Shown: positions 1 through 12,090 of the stretch, in pieces
Numbering within the stretch: position 1 is the first letter of the stretch
How the letters are laid out: each line of letters begins with the position of its first letter
Source: Camelus dromedarius
Taxonomy: Eukaryota
Direction: 5' to 3'
Assembly (NCBI RefSeq): GCF_036321535.1
Contig: NC_087437.1
Location: forward strand, 91,700,001-91,764,000
Length of the DNA: 64,000 bases
The notes under the pieces: model-generated
Database searches by the model: none
What the model was told of the DNA's origin: nothing
Seen by the model: the letters and a program-made list of their open reading frames with translations, nothing else
Program-made: the position numbers and the translations under genes

Positions 1-1559
1 GTATTCACACATTTTTCATTTATGGTCAAACATACTATAATTTATAAGCAAGATAAATAGTCAATATGAATCAGTCATTATTTTAAAAGATAGAAAGTAA
101 TTATGTACAGTTAGTAGCAAAACTCAGAAGCTCAGAATTTGTATATTATGGATTAGAGTAAAAACAAGAGTGAAATAATATAAACTGGTACAATAATACA
201 AAATAGACATTGTAAGAAATTCAAGGCCAGTATTGGTAAATGTGTAGAATGTTTGGCAAAACAGTTTGTTAAAAGAAAACAAATTGGTTACAGAAACATT
301 AAAAGCTTGACATACAGATAGTTACATTTGACTACTAATCTTTCTGTGAAATGTATTTTCTCTTGAATGAGTCTGAGAGATAAGTAAACTAGTGAAAACT
401 TAGTTTATGGACACAATTATCAAATTATAGTACACTAACTCTTCAGCAATTTCATGGACAAAATAATTAAAACATGATAAAAGTAATTTCCAAGCTGTAG
501 CCTATATAAAATAGAGCTGGGAAAGAGTATTCATATATTGTTAATAAATTTTCCACTCACTCACACACTTCTGTACACATCATTTTGGTACTACTGGAAG
601 AAACATGAGATTCACCTCTTTAATACAGAGAGGAAGATTAATTTGATAATATAGCCTCATTTTAATAGAATGATGGCTTTATAAGTTAAATGACTGTACA
701 GTGGAACCAGTCCTAGGAATAGCAAATAAATTGATATAATATTAATTAGCCAGTTTATAGTCATTATTTTTAAAAATTAAGCAGTCTAATCATATCTGAT
801 TAAAATTATCCAAGACAAAGAATTCAATTCCAAACATTTTAGTTATAAAGCTCGGCTTTTTTTTTGTTTTTATTCACTAATAATTAACTTTTAAAAATCC
901 TTAATTTGTGCCAATCACTGTTAAAAATATTTCAGTAAATTACCTCAACCTGTCTCAATATTCCTATAGATAAGTTGACTAATATCTCACAATCAAGAAA
1001 TAAAAGAGCTGGAATTTAATTTTGGTCTTTATTTTCAACCATTCCATTGAATACTATGTAATTACAAGTTATATCATATTTCCTGGTCAGGTTGACAACA
1101 AAAGTGTTTATAAACATCAGGATCTACTTTATCTGTGTACCAGGAAAGAGGCTGGATATTTAGAATGCCTATTCTCATTAGTATGAATAGAGTGCCTGGC
1201 ACTAAGTTTCCCAAAGAAAATAGCCTGAAACACTCCAAGGATTTTTCTACATAGTTGAAACACTATTTAGGGTCATAGTATAAATATTTAACTACTAAAT
1301 ATAAAATAGCTCCCAAATATAGTATGTAAAGAACTCCATGTTGTAAATCATATTTTTGAAATTAGCATACTAAATTAACCTGCTTTGCAACTTACCATAA
1401 AATAATTATATTTAAAAACATATTATCACTGACTATGCACCAAATTATCAATAAATCAGCATATTTTTGTAGAGGAAGAATTTTTCACTAACTTATTGTT
1501 AAATAAAGAATTATTTAGTGCCTGATGTACTTGTCATTTACTAGATATTGCAGATATAT

Positions 1560-1901
1560 CTAGTACCCCCAAACTCCCACGTTTCCCCATATTCCTTCAG
1601 CCTCTTTAAAGTTTGGCAGGGCCAGGTATCATTTCTGAATGAAATTACCTACAGTCACAACCTGACAGCTCTTTCATTATATGATATTAATTATAATTAA
1701 TTATTGGGCCATCTAAAAGCAACCATTGATATTACAAGGATGCAAAATGGGAGAAATCTAGATTTGTGAGCAATTGAAGTAACATAGTTCTAAAGGTCCT
1801 TCTAATCTTGAGAAGACCTTCATGAATATAAAACATTTCTGTTATATTTAACCACTGAGATTTTACAGTCAATTTGATGCTATAGCATGTTGACTAACAC
1901 A
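1560..1901 (+). mobile_element. Old MaLR solo LTR (MLT1H/I/J-like)
   Basis: 3' end 'aatataaaacatttctgttatatttaaccactgagatttt...gctatagcatgttgactaacaca' matches the MLT1 3' terminus pattern (aataaa...ttaagccactgagattt...tgactaataca). Left boundary approximate. Confidence 0.65.
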
Positions 1902-2194
1902 TTAAGTGGTAGAGATAAATATTTGGTAAGGGAAGAGAAAGATATGGTTTCTCACTACATGGATCTTGTAATTGGCTATAGAAGAAAGACAGTAGTGAAA
2001 AAAAAGTTAATCTTGCCCTGTTATGATATCAATCAACTTTTGGCCAAAAAAAATGATAAACTACATATAAGCTATATGTATCTGTATAGATATTATATGT
2101 GCCTGTGTGTGTACATGTATATATGAGCATGTACAGTTCTTTATTGGGGAGCTATTCTATATTTAATAGTTAAACATTTATACTATGACCTTAA

Positions 2195-2594
2195 ATAGTG
2201 TCCCAGCTATGTAGAAAATATGTCTATAATCCATAAATTTTAATAATTACAAGGATTGGCTTATATAATTGTGGGGCCTGGCTAAGCAAGTCTGAAATCT
2301 GTAGGTCAAGTAGTCAGAGATCGCAGGCAGGTCCAGACTCCACAGTCATGAGCTGAAGCTGTTGTATACAGAAATTTTTGTCTCTCAGGGTAGCCTCCAC
2401 TGTACTTTTAATGCCTTCCAACTGATTAAGCCAGGTCCACTCAGATTATTTTGGATAATCTCTTACTTAAATTCAACTCATTAGGGGTTTTAATTACATC
2501 TGAAAAGTCCCTTCACAGCGACACCTAGATTTGTGTTTGATTGAGTAAATGGGGAATAAAGCCTATCCAAGTTGACAAATCAAGAGTTGTCACA
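2195..2594 (-). mobile_element. ERVL solo LTR, MLT2-type
   Basis: 'aaggattggcttatataattgtggggcctggctaagcaagtctgaaatctgtagg...ccttcacagcgacacctagatttgtgtttgattga...ccaagttgacaaatcaagagttgtcaca' matches the reverse complement of MLT2 (which starts TGTGA...GTCAACTTG). Confidence 0.85.
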
Positions 2595-3259
2595 GTGATT
2601 GTGAAATTGACAGTGATTGAACTTTTCAGAGGATTTCCTTTACTAGGCTATTCAGGAAACGCCTTTTTGATACGGTAATCTTTTATTATAGATCCCAAAA
2701 CATGGTTAAATCGTAAGGCCCTGGAAATCTGCTAATGGTCAAAAGCTCATTATATACACGTTCCTGTGTTCTTACTTGCAGTGGGTAACATGCTTCATGA
2801 AATAACAAAAAGCCCAGTCTAGCTAGAGTACAGTGAATGATGTGAGAATGGAAGATATATTTGGAAAGGTGGTTGGGTAGAAGAAGCAGTTTTCTTCAAA
2901 CCAAATGCAACAGGTAAACAAATAATTTCTCATGTCCTGGGAAAGACTGGCCAAGTCCTTGTCCTTATGGAGTTCATATTATAATAGAATTAAACTTTGA
3001 CATTGATGTTTAACGCTGTCTTATTCCTCATTCTATGACTAACACATGCTGGTATGTTGCAATAACAATCATAGAAAGAGATGAAATTAAAGGGTTTTAA
3101 GTAAATCCCTTTTTAAAAAATATATGAACAATATTAGTTTCTAAGTTTGGGGAAGGTATCTATTGAGTAATGTATAAAACACACCACAGGATTTTGTACT
3201 CTTTAATCAATGTGTATCACACAGTGTATGATTTTCAGTGATCAAGCTTCTGTTACAGA

Positions 3260-3430
3260 CCACATGATTTCTGCACATGACTTATCTTCCCAAAATCCTT
3301 AACAAAATCATTGTTGTCTTCAGTTTACTAAAGGGGTAACTCCAGAGATCAGTCATTTGTTAAGAATCACCAGCCAGTCAGAAAGGCTAAATAATGTCAG
3401 GCCTGAGTGTCAGTAAGATCTTGTGCTCTT
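3260..3430 (-). mobile_element. MIR SINE fragment
   Basis: Degenerate antisense MIR core: 'cttcagtttactaaaggggtaactccagagatcagtcatttgttaagaatcaccagccagtcag'. Confidence 0.5.
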
Positions 3431-3824
3431 TAGCGATATCTCTGGATAATCATTATTAAGGTGTTGGCTTAAAACTCCTTCTTACCAGAGACACTGCAAA
3501 AAGTTTAACTTTGACTTTTTTCTTATGATTTTTTAATCTGTTTTCTTAGTACTCCTAAGTTACAATTTTTCTAATACTGTTTTTCACCCCACACCCCACC
3601 TTGGGAAGGTTAAGAGAGGATAGTGTGCTTTGTGGTGTATACTCCTCAGTGTATTTGGTAATGAGCATACTTGGTAGGAGACTTAATTTAAAAATACATA
3701 GAAATGGTAACCATTTTGTTGAATAGATACTTGGAAATAACTAGGAAATGCACAAGCTTACCTTTTTGAATGTGATCATGTAAAATTCAGTGTCTGCCAA
3801 TTTAAACTTTAATAAGTATGTTAA

Positions 3825-4790
3825 TTAACTAGGGTAGGGCTGGATATTCTACATTTCTATTTTTTAATCGAAATATAGTTGGCATAAAATGCATAATTAT
3901 GAATGTATAATTTTTAAAGGTTGTACTCAATTTATAGTTATGAAATATTGACTATATTCCCTATGTTATACAATATATCCTTGTAGCTTATTTTATACAT
4001 AATAGTTCATACCTCTTAATCCCCTAACCCTATATTATCCCTTCCCACTTCCATCTCCCCACTGGCATCCGCTAGTTTGTCCTCTATATCTGTGTCTGCC
4101 TCTTTTTTTTGTTACCTTCACTAGTTTGTTGTAATTTAAAAATCCACATATAAGTGATATCACACTTGTATTTGTCTTACTTTGCATGATTTATTTTACT
4201 TAGCATAGTACCTTTCAAGCCCATCTGTGTTGCTGCAAATGGCAACATTTCATTCTTTTTAATGGCTGTGTAGTATTCCATTGTGTGTGTGTGTATGTGT
4301 GAGTTCCACTGGCCTTCACAGTCAAATGCTCTGGGGGCTTGTCTTCCCAGTGCAGGATGCCTCCTGCCTGGGCTGGGGAACCCAGCAGCATGGGGTGAAG
4401 AACTCTCACTCCTGTGAGAGAAACTCTGCAGTATAATTATTCTCATTTGTGGGTCACCCACCAGGGGTTGTGGGGCTTGACTATATCATGAGTCTGTCCT
4501 TACCTATTTTCTGTGATTCCTTCTTTATGTCTTTAGTTGTAAAAGATCTTTTCTGGTAGGTTTCGATCATTTTCATCGATGGTTGTTCTGCAGATAGTTG
4601 TGATTTTGGTTTGCTAGTGATAGGAGGTGAGCTAGCGGTCTTTCTACTCCATCTTAGCCAATCTTGGTAATCTTACTAACAAAACTGCTTCCCTTCCAAG
4701 TCTCATCTCTCCATGCTGAAGATTCTACATTTCTAATTCCCAGGTAATGCTGTAAATCTGGTCTCGGAACAATACTGAGTAGTAAGACAT
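3825..4790. mobile_element. MER5-type hAT-Charlie MITE fragment split by an L1 insertion (pieces ~3825-3859 and 4722-4790)
   Basis: Joining the flanks gives 'gggtagggctggatattctacatttctaattcccaggtaatgctg...tggtctcggaacaatactgagtagtaag', a typical MER5 terminal segment. Confidence 0.65.
3860..4721 (-). mobile_element. Short bipartite L1: 3' end (3860-~4300) fused to 5'UTR (~4300-4660), flanked by a TSD
   Basis: T-run at 3860. L1 3' end 'ccacatataagtgatatc...gttgctgcaaatggc...gtagtattccattgtgtg'. 5'UTR terminus 'ggaggtgagctagcggtctttctactccatcttagcc'. Exact 14-bp direct repeat ATTCTACATTTCTA at 3846-3859 and 4722-4735. Confidence 0.85.
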
Positions 4791-7700
4791 AGATTTTAAG
4801 TTTTATAAGGACAGAGCTGTAACTGCTTTAATTTTATGTTGGAGTGCATACTCGTGCTTGGCTTCTCTTGTTGGTTTATTTCATTAGGCTTTTGATATTG
4901 TTTGACAGCTATGTGGAAGTAACTGATACTATATTTATAATAAAATCACTGAATATATATGAGCTGAGTGAACTGATTAGCAAAAATGCTAGAGAGTAAG
5001 CATTAATTAGGATCAGAAATTGAAATGTGTATAGTCTTTTAGAGAACAAAATATTGATATTAACGATTTGGCATAGCTTACTATCTCTCCCTTTCTCCTT
5101 TGCCAACAGTTGATCGGGCTTTTAGAAAATTTTAATTTCTTTAATTTTCTTAATGATCAAAGGTCAATGGTTAACAAAATTTTAAGAAAATTGATTTGGT
5201 TTTGTTTACTTAATATCAGTGATTTCCAACATTACTGGCCAGACCAGGAGAAAGAATGGTTAAGAAAATACCAGAACCTCATGAAAAACAATAACAAAAC
5301 CAAACCAAGATTTAAATAAAATGAAGGTTTTCTGACACTTTTGTCCTTATACTGATAAGGCTATCATTATTCTACAGCACACATGATTTTACTAGGCTAA
5401 GTTTAAAAAAAAATGATGTACAACAGGAATTATCTGCAGTATAAGAATCATAAGGAATAGGCTCACATAGATTTAAACTGTTAGTATTGGAAGCCTAATC
5501 TGGAAATCTGGACACTCATAAGTCGACCTCATTAAATGGCTTTGACCATCAAATAAGATGATTTGTGCTGGTGCCATGTAAACTGTGAAGCACGTACAGC
5601 TCTGGGCTATCATGACAAGGGATCTGGAGGGAAATGGAGGTACTACAGTGATCATAGCCTGGAATCTTACATCCTGGTTTATCTTTTCTTTGCCTGATAT
5701 CAAATAAATCCTGTAATAGAGATGATGTCATAATAATTATAGAATTTCTTCAAGTGCAGTCATATTGCAGTCATATTATTTATGAGCAAGTTTGAAATCA
5801 AAGGATTAATCAGGTGTTTGTTGTATCTGGCAGATTTAGCAGATACCTGAACCTGAAAGTACCTGCTGCAGGTGATGTACATCAGCTTCTAGAGAAATAA
5901 GGTTTTACAACTTATATCTAAGCAATGAGATAAGAGCAGAACCATTAGTAGAAGAACTTTCCTGTTGTAGGATAATTATTTAATTTTGGGGGGAGGCAGC
6001 ATGAGTTTTTTAAAGTTGGTAAAATTGAAATAGTGTTATTTATTAAAATGTTAAGGGATAAATTAATCTAGTTTATTTAATATATTTAATTTAGAATTAA
6101 TAGATTACCACTAAAAGAGTACCCTACCATTTTCTCTCCTCTCCCCCCTCACTCCAGGCTGTTAACTACCTAGGTATGTGTTTTCAAAATGATTAATTAA
6201 AGGTTTCTTCTAGAAACAAAGTCATAAAATGTATTATCCTAATTAAATGAAGAACACATAAATATATACAGATTTTTTTTTCTGAACTCCAAATTGCAAG
6301 TAACGTTACTTATTTATAAATAAAAATGCATTTTTATTTTTCCAATATAGAAATAACTAAATTTTTGTTATTCTTTTGCTTTACTAAAAATAAGATGGGA
6401 TTCAGAGTAAAGAGAACATTTTTAAAGTCCTATGAATAGAAGATTAATTATGTTTTACTAAGAATCATCCACTAAAAATGGATAGACTTGCAAATAAATA
6501 GAAGCAATGCAACTTTTTTACCATAGGGAAAAATATGATCAAAGGGAGATAAATGACCAAAAAATGACTGCATTAGAGTAAGGGTAAGACTTAATGCAGC
6601 CTGGAAGAGAAACACCCAGAACCAAAAGGTAATTCCTATAAATCCCTGGACTAGTATTTACTTGTTTTGAGGACATGTCCTTATAAATATTGGTATATAT
6701 GTGGTTAGCATAAAGTACTCAAGTTTCATTATTAAATTAGAAAATTTGTTACATCTAAATTTTATTGAATGTAAACATCCATAAATACAGTAGAAAAATG
6801 TTATTTAATAAAGTGAATAAATGATTCATTGTACATTGCAAATAGGAAAAATAATGAAGTTTACATCAATAGTCAGTTTATTTTGTCATCTAAATATAGT
6901 GAGCAATTACAGTGACTATAAGCACTGATGAAAAAAGTTTTATTTGCTAAATGCTTATTTGCCTAATGTGTTTTTTAAATGTACGCTGTTTATATATACA
7001 GACGGATTATACAGTGAAGACTAATTGGCAAAAGAAAATAGTAACTAAAACAGTTCCTTAAAATCAGCTCATACCAAGACACACTCCCTAAATGGCTCTT
7101 TACCTTAAAACATATCTTGAAAGTTCAGTGCAGGCATGGTATCAACTAGGGCATACTTTAAAAGCTGTGATTGGACTTTATCCCAGAAAAGGCTAAATAA
7201 ATTGAAATATGTTTTGTATCATTATGCATATTCTTCTGTGATAAAAATAGCCTTAAATTTCTTAGCAGCATGAAAAATTGTCCAACAAGGGAATAATCAA
7301 AAAAGAAGGAAAAGAAGCAATCAAAAGAGAAAGGGAAAGAATTTTAGCATTCTTTAGCAAATAAAGCAATAAATGACTTGTGTGAATAATTTCAAAGCCT
7401 TGAATAAGCTGCTTTACCTCCCAGAAGACTTGTGAAAAAAATTAAAGAAATGTTTTAAACCCTTGAAGAGAACATATAAGACAATTTTCATGTTTTTTAA
7501 ATCTATAACATAAAAATGTGAAAAGTACAATATTTACCGTACAAAGTCTTATCTGAGAAACCATTAAAAGAATATGGTAATAGCTTAATATCACAAGTCT
7601 ATAGACCATGAAATTCCTCCAGTAAACAAAAGATCCTCCCTATCGTGTAAATTCATTTTGGTGGTGTTCCATGAAGAAATTACCTTATTATTTCTATAAA

Positions 7701-9531
7701 AATTTTGTAAAGGACTATATTTATATATTACAAAGGAGCTGGGATCTACAATTTAGCATTGTCGTCACGTTTGTTGAAGGTGAAATTTGGGGTTCTGCCA
7801 CAATTACAGGCTTTCAATTCCTGGCTTTAAATTTTAAATGCTTAACCATTAGGAAAGAAAATAATGTAAATATACCATTACTGGAATCTAGATGATTTTT
7901 ATATCTTGCAGTATTCCTGTATATATGCTTAAAATATCAAACTGTAATCAAATGGATCCCACACTTCCAACACAAATACCTAGGTGAGAATATTTACTCA
8001 ATTATGTATGGACAGTTTATATGTTTTAAAGTAATTTTAACATTTTGAATACTTTAAAACTTCACTATTGTAAGGTAAGCTTAATATTACAAATCATATT
8101 CCACTTTTTACCTTTTGATTTTCTAAGCCCATTTCTTATCATTCAAACTCCAAAAGTGTGAAACTACCTTTCTTGAGTGGATTACAGTTTGAGTCAAGCA
8201 AAAGAATAGCTAAGAGTAATTCTCTTAATCTTAGAAAAGACTGAGTCAAAAGATTATAGAATAACATTGAAAAATAGATCTTCCTTCCATTATGAAGATC
8301 TCTTCAGATCTACTCCAGCTGCATAAGTTTATTATCTTCAGATCACTTGTGTTTTGCTAAATCCTTGATTTCTCTGGTCACTGAGTAATACTTTCCCCCT
8401 GGCCTTTTTTATTTCTTTGATTTTTCTTTTTATAGTCATTGAATGGGTTTATCATTATACCTAATGTTGAATTATTAGAGCAGTATTTTTGTTTTGTTTT
8501 GTTTTTTTCCTTTATGTGTGTGTGGTAGTGGTCCTTGCCTCGAAGATTTTGTTACAATAGTTACTTCACACAAATACAAAACTTGTTTTATGCAAACACT
8601 ATACAGACATTTACATTATTCTTCAGCTCAAGAACATGTAATATCTCCTTGCTGCCAATAATTTCATAGCAAACTTTTCCACCTACTAAGCATGTAAATT
8701 TGGTTATAACATATGAGTATACCACTTACTAACAAAGATACAAGTAATTTACAATAATTTTCTTTAAAAACAAGACTTCATACCAATGAACTTTGTGAAA
8801 ATTAAATTTAATTGTTTCCCAAAATTTAGTTTAAAAATAACATAGATTTTATTAAATAGCAAAGGTTGCCGTAGAAAGTAAAGCAGATGATTTGAAGAGT
8901 TTTTTAAAGATATTTCTAAATAAAATTTACAGAGAAATTTTCATATTATGGAAATGTCCCTTCTCAGCCACTTTCTAGAGAGTCATTGTAATTCCTGGAA
9001 GGCTACAGAGTCAAAGTGCATATGAATTAATGGTGATGTTCATTATCAAAGCAGGTTGCTTGACACACCCCAGATATTTTCATTTTTAATAACTGTGTTT
9101 CTGACAACATTGTTTTATATTTTGCATTTTCTGAAATTTTATTATAGATGCTAACAAGTTTATGACTTTGTAAATGAGTAAGTCTAATTATTCCCCTTCT
9201 CGCTGTTGATAGGAGTTAGAGATTCCTTTGGACAAAAGATCAGGAGGATGATTCTCCTTCATAATTTCCTATGTGTTAAATCTTAGCAGAAATACTAGCT
9301 GATCTTGATTCAAGTGGCCCTAATTCATCATAGCAGATACAATGTTGATATAACATGCTTCATAGATACAATACTCATAAGATGATTATATGAGTTATAC
9401 ACACTTGTATCTTTATATTCAAATTATTAGAAGTTATGGGGTTTGTGTATTATTAAGAGCCACAAACTGAATTAAAAGTGTATAAAATCTGAACATTCCA
9501 TTCTCTGGCTTATACTGACCTAGTGTTATAC

Positions 9532-9554
9532 AAAAAAAAAAAAAAAAAAAAAAA
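9532..9554 (+). repeat. Poly(A) tract, A23
   Basis: 23 consecutive A's, with no recognisable retroelement immediately upstream. Confidence 0.95.
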
Positions 9555-11379
9555 GCAAGTAAAACAAATATGGTCTCTTGCATATAAGAAGATTGCATAT
9601 AATCGATTATATGCATTTTTCTTGAACTTACTATTTTGCTTCATGTAATTCTGACAGTTCATAGTATAAGAATTAATATAATGATAAAAACCCTGTACTT
9701 TTATTTTTATTAGAACCGGACTCAATGGGTCTTTAGCTTGGCTCTCCAAGTGGTTTCACATGCATCTGTTACTTTCACTTCCCTAATCTGTTTTCTCATT
9801 CCCTTGGGTAGTGAGGACTTAACCAATATTTTATCAAATTTTTTTTCAGGCAACCCAAAGGCATGCCAGATAATATTCATTAATGGATGATTATTGAAGA
9901 TAGTATATGCTATACATTCCTTACTCAAAATAACTTAAATGTCATAACTGGAATAGAAAATATATTTTGAGAGAGGAAAAACAAAAAGAAAAAGAAATAA
10001 GCAACACTGACTACTTTCTGCAAGTTTCCCCTCATTTGTAGAAAATAAAATAATTTTTGCTTTGATGGCGATTGAGACCACATTCAGTAGTCTGGCCTGG
10101 ACTTTCTTACAGCATTGCAGCCAGGATTTAGGAGAAAAGAATCGGAAGCTTCCAATCCTCGTAAGACCTACACACAAAAGTCCCAGATGATTGCAGCAAA
10201 ATAAGTTTACTACCTAAAGCAAGTTGTGGTGGCCCCAGACGTAAGAATAGTAGGAAGAGTCCCCAGTTCTTGATATAAGCAGCAGTGTGCAGGAGTAAGA
10301 ATAAGAGGAATTGCTGTTGTACTTTTTGAAGATTGTATACTACTTCAGTCCTATAAAATTAACCACACACACATGGGAATTTATGATCAAAATTTGGAAA
10401 CTATTTTACATTAAAGGCCTGTAATAGCTATATATGTCTCTCTATATAAGTAGATATAGATAAACTTCTTTTTATTTTTACTTAAGGTAATGTTTTCCAG
10501 TCTTAGTTGATCAAGGTGAATTGTGGTTAAAATAACAATTAACAGCTTACAAAACTTTATCAATCACTTGGTAGATGCATGGTTTTGCTGTCCTAAAAAT
10601 CATAATGGATTTATTAGTTATTCCCACTTCTATTATTTTAATTAACCATTGTATATTCATGAAATTTTAGCTTGAATTCAGATGGATGTAAATTCTTGAC
10701 TGTTTATAATGTGAAGGAAAAGAAGAAAAAGCTTGAGAGGACTCAGGAAATGTCACCAATTGTTTGATTTAGATGATAGAGAATAGTTACATTGGAAGCT
10801 ATGAGAAGAGGACATTTATTCATGTATTTTTTCTTCAATGAGTACTGAGATCCAAGTAGGTATCAGACTCTGTATAAGACAAACAAAACCATATAAGTAA
10901 ACAAGACATTTTTTCTTATCTATATCCACAAAGTTGACAATCTAAGTATAAAAAAAAGTTAAGTACATAAAACTGAAAAAGGCTATCACAGAGTTTTAAG
11001 GTGGAGGTGTCCCCATGGAGTTGAGGGAAGATGAAGGAGAGGTATAGAGGGCACTTGAGATAAAGGATAATAAAAACTAAAACTTGGAAGATGAATGTGA
11101 ATTAACTAGCCAAAGAACTGCTAAGGAATGACCTAAGAGGAATAATTAATGCAGAGGTCTTGGAGTCTAGAGAAAGCATTAGAAGTAAGTCCATGCTAAT
11201 TTACAAAGTTTGAGAAAAGAGAGACTCAGAGATGATATTGCAGAACTAATTAATCATATTTTTATTACATGCAAATTTTCCCTTTAGTGTTAGGTTCATA
11301 AGAAAGCATGACACACATTTTCTTGTGTGCTTGCTTGTTTATGTTAAACTGGAGGCCACAACGTTGAAATCATATTTTT

Positions 11380-11606
11380 TAAGATAAATCAATAAATTGT
11401 ACTATAACAGAATGCAAAAGTTATTGGTATAGTTAGATTCCATATTACAACTAATCTTCAAGAAACAACCACTTTTTGAGTTTGAATGTAATATCAAAGG
11501 AGAATATTCATGAATAGTCTATTTAAACTTGTTTTCCTTTCAACCTAATCATTGTGCAAGGCTGGATTTCCTTCATATATTTTATCCAAAACAGTATATT
11601 GTAAGA
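11380..11606 (+). mobile_element. hAT-Charlie (Charlie1-like) transposase C-terminal fragment, no TIRs
   Basis: Conceptual translation PLFEFECNIKGEYS...LCKAGFPSYILSKTVYCK resembles the hATC dimerisation domain of Charlie transposases (FW.SIKEEYP...YLCEAGFSSY..TKT.YRNRL). Flanked by a 15-bp direct repeat. Confidence 0.8.
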
Positions 11607-11679
11607 TGAAATCATATTTTTGAATAATCCTCTGTGATGCTGTAGTGGATGGGCTGGAGAGATTCAGGTCAATCCTGGG

Positions 11680-12090
11680 CACAGATTATGTATTTAGTTG
11701 TTTGCAATATATTCATGGACTGACAGTTAATCCTGCCATAGTACCATGCAACAATATCCTTAGGGGTAACAGCAAAGATACACGTAAACCTCACCTTTAT
11801 ATTCAACTGTGGTCTGGTTGTTGACCTCTAAATTGTGGCTTAGGATCAGGCTGCAGATCATCTGCAGGTACGTCCGTGTGTTTTCTTCAATATATGATCT
11901 AGGCTGAAATTGCAGCCCACATTTAGGACAGTCAATTTGTAGAAGAAGGAAAAGTGCAATAGTGCTGGTGGAATTTTGTGATATTCTTGAAGCTTCTGGT
12001 TAGCCCCTTCCACTTATGCTTCATTGTCCAGAGAAAGTCCATGGCCAAGCATAAATTCAATAAGCAAGGAATTACTCTTCCTCGGAAAGA
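11680..12090 (-). mobile_element. Old MaLR solo LTR (MLT1J/K-like)
   Basis: 'atctaggctgaaattgcagccc...ccttccacttatgcttcattgtccagagaaagtccatggccaagcataaattcaataagcaaggaattactcttcct' is the typical antisense MLT1J/K pattern. Confidence 0.65.

Noticed and set aside
11852..11868. Inverted repeat CTGCAGAT-C-ATCTGCAG
   Set aside because: 8-bp arms inside an MLT1 LTR are expected by chance in 64 kb.
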